Source of the DNA: Anaeramoeba ignava BMAN | Taxonomy: Eukaryota > Protista > Anaeramoebae | DNA: 64,000 bases | Reading direction: 5' to 3' | NCBI GenBank assembly: GCA_028826165.1 | Contig: JAPDFW010000132.1 | Location: 77,889-141,888, forward strand | Shown here: positions 55,501 to 64,000 of the stretch, piece by piece | Layout of the letters: each line of letters starts with the position of its first letter | How positions within the stretch are numbered: the first letter of the stretch is position 1 | Notes under the pieces: model-generated | What the model was told of the DNA's origin: nothing | The model's input: the letters and a program-made list of their open reading frames with translations, nothing else | Database searches by the model: none | Program-made: the position numbers and the translations under genes

Positions 55501-58500
55501 TCATAATATTAAACAACATGAAGATTTTTCTTTTGGTATTTGTTTTGGTTGAGTTTTAATTTCTGTTTTAATTTCTGTATTTGGTGTATCTGTAGTTGGT
55601 CCTTTTTTATATTTACGAACCATTCTAACACATTCTGCATAAAGTTCTGAAATATTTGTTCCATTTTTTGCACTAAAAAAAATAATAATTTTAATTTTTA
55701 TTTTAATTTTTATCCGATTTTAATTTTAATTTTAATTTTTATTTTAATTATAATTTTAATTTTAATTTTAATTTTAATTTTAATTTTAATTTTAATTTTA
55801 ATTTTAATTTTAATTTTAATTTTAATTTTATAAATGAATTTTAATTTTAATTTTTATCCGATTTTATTTTAATTTTGATTTTGATTTTGATTTTGATTTT
55901 AATTTTGATTTTAATTTTGATTTTAATTTTATAAATGAATTTGAATTTGAATTTGAATTTTAATTTTAATTTTAATTTTAATTTTAATTTTAATTTTAAA
56001 TTTTAATTTTGATTTTAATTTTAATTTTAATTTTAATTTAAATTTTAATTTTATAAATGAATTTTAATTTTAATTTTAATTTTAATACCTTGTTTCTATA
56101 TAAGGCAAACCCCATTGATCTGCCATTTGTTTTGCAGTTTCTGTTGGAACTTCACGATATTCTTCAAGATCTGATTTATTACCAGCAATCATTATAGGAA
56201 ATGGAGGATTAGTATTTGGTTCTGTTGGATCAATATCATGAAATCTTAAAATTTGTCCTCTAAGTTTTTCAATTTCATCAAGTCCAGATTTTTCAATAAT
56301 ACTAAAAACAAGTATATATCCATCTCCTTGTGAAAGATGTGTATCTCGAAGAACTTTAAATTCCTCTGTTAATTTTTAATTTTTTAATTTTTTAATTTTT
56401 TAATTTTTAATTTTAATTTTTAATTTTTTAATTTTTTAATTTTTTAATTTTTTAATTTTTTAATTTTTTATTTTGGATTTTTAATTTTTTAATTTTGGAT
56501 TTTTAGAAAGATTTTAATGAGAATATATAATACCTTGACCAGCAGTATCAATAATATCTAAAGTAACAACAGAATTATCAATTTCAACTTGAGTTCTATA
56601 ACTTTCCTCTAAAAAATAAAAAGAGAAAAGAAGAACAAAATAAATTATAAATAGATTTATAAATAAATTATTAAATAGATTTATAAATAAATTATTAAAT
56701 AAATTATTAAATAGATTTATAAATAAATTATTAAATAAATTATTAAATAGATTTATAAATAAATTATTAAATAAATTATTAAATAGATTTATAAATAGAT
56801 TATTAAATAAATTATTAAATAAATTATTAAATAAATTATTAAATAAATTATTAAATAGATTTATAAATAGATTTATAAATAGATTTATAAATAGATTTAT
56901 AAATAGATTTATAAATAGATTTATAAATAGATTAATAAATAAATTTATAAATAGATTATTAAATAAATTATTAAATAAATTATTAAATAGATTTTATAAA
57001 TAGATTATTAAATAGATTTATAAATAGATTATTAAATAAATTATTAAATAAATTATTAAATAAATTTATAAATAAATTATTAAATAAATTATTAAATAAA
57101 TTAATAAATAAATTATTAAATAAATTTTTAAATAAATTATTAAATAAATTATTAAATAAATTATTAAATAAAATTATTAAATAAATTATTAAATAAATTA
57201 TTAAATAAATTATTAAATAAATTATTAAAAATAAATTATTAAATAAAATTATTAAATAAATTTATAAATAGATTTATAAATAGATTATTAAATAAATTTT
57301 ATAAATAGATTTATAAATAGATTATTAAATAAATTTATAAATAGATTATTAAAATAAAATTATTAAATAGATTATTAAATAAATTATTAAATAGATTTAT
57401 AAATAAATTATTAAATAGATTTATAAATAAATTATTAAATAGATTTATAAATAAATTTATAAATAAATTATTAAATAGATTTATAAATAAATTTATTAAA
57501 TAGATTATTAAATAGATTTATAAAATAAATTTTATTAAATAGATTATTAAATAGATTTATAAATAAATTATTAAATAAATTATAAATAGATTTATAAATA
57601 GATTATTAAATAGATTTATAAATAGATTATTAAATAAATTATTAAATAAATTATTAAATAGATTATTAAATAAATTATTAAATAAATTATTAAATAAATT
57701 ATTAAATAAGTTTGTAAATAAATTATTAAATAAATTATTAAATAAATTATAAAATAAATTATTAAATAAATTATTAAATAGATTATTAAATAAATTTGTA
57801 AAATAAATTTATAAATAAATTATTAAATAAATTATTAAATAGATTATTAAATAGATTTATAAATAAAATTTATTAATAAATTTATTAAATAGATTATTAA
57901 ATAGATTTATAAATAAATTATTAAATAAATTATAAATAAATTTATAAATAAATTATTAAAATAAATTTATAAATAAAATTTATAAATAGATTATTAAATA
58001 AATTATTAAATAGATTTATAAATAAATTATTAAATAAATTATTAAATAAATTATTAAATAGATTTATAAATAAATTTATAAATAAATTATTAAATAAATT
58101 ATTAAATAAATTATTAAATAAATTATTAAATAAATTATTAAATAAATTATTAAATAAATTATTAAATAAATTATTAAATAAATTATTAAATAGATTATTA
58201 AATAGATTATTAAATAAATTATTAAATAGATTATTAAATAAATTATTAAATAAATTATTAAATAAATTTATAAATAGATTTTTACCAAGAGTTGGGTCAT
58301 AATGATCATGAAAAATCTAAATGAAAAATTTTTTAAAAAAAAAAATCAAAATTTTAAAAAACAAAATAAAGGGTTTATTTGTTGAAAGGAAATTGAGAAT
58401 GTTTACTTGTTTAACATAACGAATTGTGATGCAGGATTTACCAACACCACCATCTCCAGCCATCTAAATAATAAATTTAAAGCAAAAAAATAAATTAAAA

Positions 58501-58623
58501 TAATAAATTTTTATTTTTAGATTTTTAATAATAAAATTAAAACTTTTCTTCTTTTGTTTTGTTTTGTTTTGTTTTGTTTTATTAAAAAATACTAACAACT
58601 ATTGTAAGTTCGTTTTTATTCAT
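55501..58623 (-). CDS. Ras-subfamily small GTPase (6 exons)
   Basis: MNKNELTIVMAGDGGVGKSCITIRY...HYDPTLEESY...IIDTAGQEEF...AGNKSD...IETSAK...SSCCLIL (CaaX plus adjacent Cys); long intron 58285-56609. Confidence 0.92.
56640..58280 (-). repeat. Intronic 12-mer array, sense (TTTATTTAATAA/TCTATTTATAAA)n, in the Ras gene
   Basis: Plus strand reads (TTATTAAATAAA)n with AATAGATTT variants; intron 1677 nt; same core unit as Rheb intron 2 in sense orientation. Confidence 0.93.
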
Positions 58624-58944
58624 ATTTTTGTTTTTGTTTTTGTTTTTATGAATTTAAATAAAAATTTAAATTGAAAAATTTTAATTAAATTTTTGATTAA
58701 AAAAAGAAAAAGAAAAATAAAAAAAATGAAAAAATGAAAAAAAAATTTTATTTTAATTTAAATTTAAATTTAACTCTAAATTGTAAAAAAAAAAGAAAGA
58801 AGAATAATTTTCAATCATTTATATTTTTTATTTTTTTCTTTTATTTTCTTTTATTTTTTTTGCTTTTTGTTTTGCTTTTTTATTTCAATTAAAATTAAAT
58901 TAATAAAGAAAAAAAAAGTTTCGAAATTTGATCAAGAATTTTTT

Positions 58945-59056
58945 TTTCTTATTTTCTTATTTTCTTATTTTCTTATTTTCTTATTTTCTTATTTTCTTAT
59001 TTTCTTATTTTCTTATTTTCTTATTTTCTTATTTTCTTATTTTCTTATTTTCTTAT
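58945..59056. repeat. Perfect 8-mer array (TTATTTTC)n starting at the stop codon of the ABHD17-like gene
   Basis: Direct reading, ~13 copies. Confidence 0.9.
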
Positions 59057-60670
59057 TTTTCAAAAGTGAAAAATGATTGATTAAAATCAATTGGAATAAA
59101 TTCAGAATTTAAAGAATTTGATTTAAAAATATTCACATTTTGATTTTGATTTAGATTTAGATTTAGATTTTCATTTTGATTTTGATTCACATTTTGATTT
59201 TGATTTTGATTTAGATTTAGATTTTGATTTAGATTTTGATTTTGATTTTGATTTTGATTTAGATTTTGATTTTGATTTTGATTTTCATTTTGATTTTGAT
59301 TTTGATTTAGATTTTGATTTTCATTTTGATTTTGATTCACATTTTGATTTTGATTTTGATTTTGATTTAGATTTTGATTTTGATTTTGATTTTGATTTTG
59401 ATTTTGATTTTGATTTTGATTTTGATTTTGAAATTGATTTTGATTTTGATTTTGATTTTGATTTTGATTTTGATTTTGATTTTGATTTTGATTTTGATTT
59501 TGATTTTCATTTTGATTTTTGATTTTGATTTTGATTTTCATTTTGATTATGTTCAATTTGTTGAGAATGTGGAAAAGTATCAAAATTCTCCAAATTACAA
59601 GAATCTCCAAAAAATGGAAATTGGCTTTGAGATAGAATAAAAGGAGCGCAAAAAATATCGTCATAAGTAAAAGAATCAATAGAATTTTGGAAATTAATTG
59701 TTGTGAAACGAGAATCATCCAAATCAAGAACACTTAATTTCTGATTAATTGGATGAAAATTAGAATCATCTAAATCATCTAAAGTGGGATTTTTTTTTGA
59801 AAGATAAATCAAAAAATCATCAATAACTCCATAAAATTCACTTCCAAATTCTGATTCTAAATCATTATGCCCACCGCCTTGAATCATATGCAATTTATAT
59901 TGAGATTTGTTTGGAAGTGCTTTATAGAGAATTTGACTGTGATCTGGAGGAATTAATTGATCATCTGATCCAGAAATGATCAAAGTGGGAAAATTCACTT
60001 TTGGCATTTTTTCTAAATTATTGAAAATATCATTTGGAAGGCGTTTTTTTGCTTTCAGAAAAGATCTTATACAAGATAAAAGTGGAGAAACTAGAATAAC
60101 TCCAGCACAATTTTTCTTAGTGGCTAATTCTATTGTTGGACCTGATCCAATACTATATCCAAATAAGATAATCCGATTACTGGGAATTTTCAAAGTATTT
60201 GTCACAAAATTATATGCTGCTTCTGCACATTTATATATATTTTTTTCGGATGTCTTTTTAAATTTTTAATTTTAGTTTTAAATTTTTAATTTTTGAATTC
60301 GAAAGTATCAAACCTTCCCTTGAGTAAAAGGATATCCAATGTATTCATAAGCGAAAAAATTTGTTCTTGTTTTTTTCACAAATTTTTCAATCAAAAATTC
60401 AATCATTGATAAACATTCAGAACTTCCATGGCTATAAATAATGGAAAATCTTGATTTGATTTTTTCTTCCATTTCTTTCTGTTTTTCTTTCTGTTTTTGT
60501 GAATCATTTGAATCATTGATTTTAGAATTAGATTTATTTTCAGGAAATAACCAAACAATTGGAATTCGTTTATTTTTATCAATTTCAATAATAAAAATGT
60601 TTTCATAATTAAGTCCTTGATTGATTTTAGGAGGTACAAAGGCAAATTTAGATACAATATTCTGTCCCAT
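59053..60670 (-). CDS. ABHD17-like alpha/beta hydrolase (2 exons), (NQ)n tail with an apparent +1 frameshift at ~59518
   Basis: MGQNIVSKFAFVPP, IIYSHG, FAYEYIGY...GKTSEKNIY, nucleophile GYSIGSGPT, acid SGSDDQLIP, base GGGHNDLE; intron 60313-60254. Confidence 0.88.
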
Positions 60671-60945
60671 TTTTTTCACCTTTTAAATATTATTTAAAAA
60701 CTAGGAGAAAGTGAACTTAGAAACAAATGAAGAAAGACAAAGAAAAAAAAAGAAAATAGAAAATGAATTAATTTCAATTTAATTTTTTGGAAATTTGAAT
60801 TGAATAAATTTTTCAAAATCTGGAAATGATTCATCACTTAATTTTTTAATTTTTTAATTTTTTAATTTTTGAATTTTTGAATTTTAATTATAATTTTGAT
60901 TTTGAAAAGATTTTGATTTTGAAAAGATTTTGAAATGAAAGAAAA

Positions 60946-63588
60946 TCAAATCATTTCAATTCCTCCAGTTTTTTCAAGTTCTTTTTCTCTTTGTTTGAGA
61001 ATTGTTTTGAAGGATTTTCTTTTTTTTCTTATCAAAATGATTGCAATTATAATTCCAATAATTGCAACAATAGGAACAACAACTGAAATCACGATAATTG
61101 AAGTATTAGATGAACTGGACTTTGTTTGATTTGGAAATAATGTTGTGATTGATGTTGTTGAAGTAAATCCTGAATATTCACTGAAGGAACAACTTTCATT
61201 AGCAGATGAATAAATTGAAATTGGATAATAGATTCCTCCAATTAACCCAGAAACGGAAAAATTTGTTATTGATTTTGATAAACAAATATTTGTTGAACCA
61301 TAAGTAAATGAATATCCTTGTAATCCATTTGATAAAATTAATTGATCCCAAGTGCATTGAAAACCATAGATTAATGATTCACATACTAATGAAGTAATAT
61401 TTCCTAAAATAGCTTTTGTTGAATTTATTGAACTTGGTAATCCCAAATAGAGAGTTTGACAATTCAAATCAGTACATCCTCTTACTGAAATATTAAATTG
61501 AATGTTTCCTCCAATTCCACTTATTGTTCCAATTCCTTCATTTCCAGTTAAATTAAGTTTGGTGAAATTTTGCCAATCTATTCCATCATTAAGTGAAATT
61601 GAATAATTATTAGAATAGGGAACTTTCGTGAAATTTATCTCAATTTCTTCAATTCTGGAAGTTAAATTATTGATGTTAGGTGCAGTTAAGTTATCAGTTG
61701 TTATTGAAATTGTTGAAATTAATCCACATTTATCATTTAAATCACAAGCTGAAACATTGATTTGATATTCTTGATTTGGGATTTGAGCTGAAAAATTTTG
61801 ATTTGTTGAATTTTGTTGAGAATTGCCTGAATCATCTTGTGAAGTTGCTTGATAAGTGAAATTATAAGAAGAAGGAATTCCACAATTAATCGGTGAATTC
61901 CAACTACAATTAACTTCTAATATATTTGAAATTGAACAATAAAGATCTGAAACTTCACCAAAAATTGTTGAAATGGAAGATTCAACAACATCCCCTTGAT
62001 CTTCTCCTTGGCATTCAAGAGTTCTACATCCCCAAATTGAGATATTGTAATCTGTTATACATTCTAAAGTATTCAAAAGATATGAAATTGAAGAATTATA
62101 AATTGAAACGTATGCTATCACTCCTGGTTCAGATTGTTTAAAATATGAGATGTTATAATGATCAAGATGTGGAATTCCTTCCACAACTGCAACATTGGGA
62201 TGATTCCAAGAAATATTCACAGAATCATTTGTTGGATTTGATAATTGAAAATCCTGAACTGAATCAATTCTTGTTGTTAAATTGATCGAAGGAGAAGAAG
62301 GTTCTCCACAAGTGTTTGATATTAGATCACAATCTCTGATTTGAATTGAATAATCTTCATTCCCAGTAATATTGGCATAATATGAATCGAATTCTTTGTA
62401 ATAAACATTCCCATTTAGAAGATTTGGAGACTCAATATCAATCCAATCAAATCCATAATTGATTTGATATTTCAAATTAGAAAGCTGAGGTTGATCCCAA
62501 TAACAATCAAATGATGAAAAGAAAGATGAACAATTAATGATATTAACTTGAGAAAGATGATATTCATAAACAAAAACATCACTTGTACCTTCAATACCAA
62601 CAGCAATCAGATTTTCAGAAATTCCAATAGGACATCCAAAATAGCCAGATTGACTAAAAGTTTTCTCAGTATTCCAATTTGTTCCATTATATCGATATAA
62701 AAACGCTGCGTTAGAATTAAAATAAGTTCCTGCAAGAAGAAAATCCTGAAAAAATAAAACTCTCCATCCTAATGTTATACTTCCACCTGAATATGTTTTT
62801 TCAAGAATCCAATTTGTTCCATTAAGTCGATAAATGGATACAGTTTTTGCACCCCATGCTCCAACAGCAAGAACACCATCAGAAATTGCCACAGAAGTTC
62901 CAAAATATTGTGATGAAAGTTGGGTTATTGTTGTGTTTAGATTCCAAGCACTTCCATTATATTCATAAATCAATGCTTGTTTAGTATCTGGAGCTCCAGC
63001 AATAAAAAGATTCTCATAAACTGAAACACTATATCCTAGATTAGAACCATATGATCCTACAAAAGATCCATCAGAAACCCAGTCTGTTCCATTAAATCTA
63101 GAAATAAACACAGAATAGCCTTGCGCAGCTCCTATAACTGTAACATTTTTATAAACTGAAACACTATTCCCAAATTGTCCGGTTGATTCATATCGATATC
63201 CTTCATAATTCCAATCCGTTCCATTGTATCTGTAAAAGGATACTCGGTGACTTTGCAAATCTGAAGCAGCAAGAACATTTTCATAAAGTGAAACACTAAA
63301 TCCTAATTTTGTTGTTCCAGGTGCAGTCAAATTGATTTGAGAATTAAGATGTGTTCCATTGTATCTGTAAACAAAAAGTTGATTCAAATCAGGAATTCCA
63401 ATAACTAAACAATCCCCATAAATTGAGAGACTAAACGGATTAGTTGATCCAAAATTGAATGTTTGAATCAAATTCGATTCATAAATTTCATTCAATCCTT
63501 TTTTTATCATTGCTTCTTCTTGGTTTTGAATTGACTTAATCAAAACAACATTAAAGAATAAGAAAAGTAAAAGTAAAGTTTTGATCAT
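60946..63588 (-). CDS. Intronless type I membrane protein: signal peptide, FG-GAP-like beta-propeller, ~5 fibronectin type III-like repeats, TM, short cytoplasmic tail
   Basis: 880-aa ORF; repeated FGxSV(S/A)(V/I)...(V/A)GA...YRYNGTxW blades; FN3-like W...YNI(S/N)V(S/R)(A/G)C patterns; TM IIVISVVVPIVAIIGIIIAIILI followed by RKKRK. Confidence 0.85.
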   Translation of the reverse strand: MIKTLLLLFLFFNVVLIKSIQNQEEAMIKKGLNEIYESNLIQTFNFGSTNPFSLSIYGDCLVIGIPDLNQLFVYRYNGTHLNSQINLTAPGTTKLGFSVSLYENVLAASDLQSHRVSFYRYNGTDWNYEGYRYESTGQFGNSVSVYKNVTVIGAAQGYSVFISRFNGTDWVSDGSFVGSYGSNLGYSVSVYENLFIAGAPDTKQALIYEYNGSAWNLNTTITQLSSQYFGTSVAISDGVLAVGAWGAKTVSIYRLNGTNWILEKTYSGGSITLGWRVLFFQDFLLAGTYFNSNAAFLYRYNGTNWNTEKTFSQSGYFGCPIGISENLIAVGIEGTSDVFVYEYHLSQVNIINCSSFFSSFDCYWDQPQLSNLKYQINYGFDWIDIESPNLLNGNVYYKEFDSYYANITGNEDYSIQIRDCDLISNTCGEPSSPSINLTTRIDSVQDFQLSNPTNDSVNISWNHPNVAVVEGIPHLDHYNISYFKQSEPGVIAYVSIYNSSISYLLNTLECITDYNISIWGCRTLECQGEDQGDVVESSISTIFGEVSDLYCSISNILEVNCSWNSPINCGIPSSYNFTYQATSQDDSGNSQQNSTNQNFSAQIPNQEYQINVSACDLNDKCGLISTISITTDNLTAPNINNLTSRIEEIEINFTKVPYSNNYSISLNDGIDWQNFTKLNLTGNEGIGTISGIGGNIQFNISVRGCTDLNCQTLYLGLPSSINSTKAILGNITSLVCESLIYGFQCTWDQLILSNGLQGYSFTYGSTNICLSKSITNFSVSGLIGGIYYPISIYSSANESCSFSEYSGFTSTTSITTLFPNQTKSSSSNTSIIVISVVVPIVAIIGIIIAIILIRKKRKSFKTILKQREKELEKTGGIEMI

Positions 63589-64000
63589 CTAATTTATGAA
63601 AAAAAGGAGAAAAAAAAAAGAAAAGGAGAAAATTGATCAATTTTATTTGAAAAGAGATCAAAAAGAAAAAATAAAAATAAGAATACTTACTTTTTTTTGT
63701 GTTTTGTTTTTTGCTTTTCAAATGGATTTGAATGGAGAAAAATATTATTTTATTTTAATTTTAATTTTAAGTAAATACAAAAAATAACAAAGAATTAATT
63801 AAAATATTGAGAGAATTGTTTAAAAAAAAATAAAAAAAGTTCTTATTGAATTAGTTTTTGCTTTTATTTTTGTTTGGTTCAAAAAAAAAACTTAAGGAGA
63901 AATTTGTTTTTATTCTTTTTTATCTTAAAAATTCAAAATAAACAACTTACAAAATGTAGAAAATTTCAGAAAGAAAAGATGAAAACTCTTATAAATTAAG

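Overview
Extremely AT-rich, intron-rich eukaryotic DNA from an anaerobic protist. It carries a pyruvate:ferredoxin oxidoreductase with an organellar-type presequence and many (NQ)n coding repeats. My inference, not a database result, is a free-living metamonad such as Anaeramoeba. By manual splicing I reconstructed 16 protein genes with about 59 introns, all GT-AG, in the standard genetic code. In order: a partial low-complexity protein, Rheb, Sec24, a PIN/auxin-efflux-carrier-like transporter, a Slo/BK-family K+ channel, a DENN protein, SCAMP, a TBC1D5-like RabGAP, an MPPED-type metallophosphoesterase, a CH-PH-PH-coiled-coil protein, PFO, Rab2, CPSF160, a Ras-family GTPase, an ABHD17-like hydrolase and an FG-GAP/FN3 type I membrane protein. 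No RNA genes, CRISPR arrays, inteins or transposase genes were recognised. The most striking unexplained structure is non-coding. (i) Eight giant introns are filled with different simple repeats yet converge in length (five are 1776-1837 nt). They are almost free of G on the transcribed strand, and the same 12-mers recur in the same sense orientation in unrelated genes. (ii) A family of ~145-bp tandem arrays sits between divergently transcribed genes. (iii) A TTGTTCCACTTTT motif recurs downstream of stop codons. Protein-level oddities include a YPITP->YPMNP active-site change in PFO, a Slo channel with a fully charged S4 but a basic segment in place of the calcium bowl, a native His35 in Rheb, and the same +1 slip inside (NQ)n tracts of two genes.
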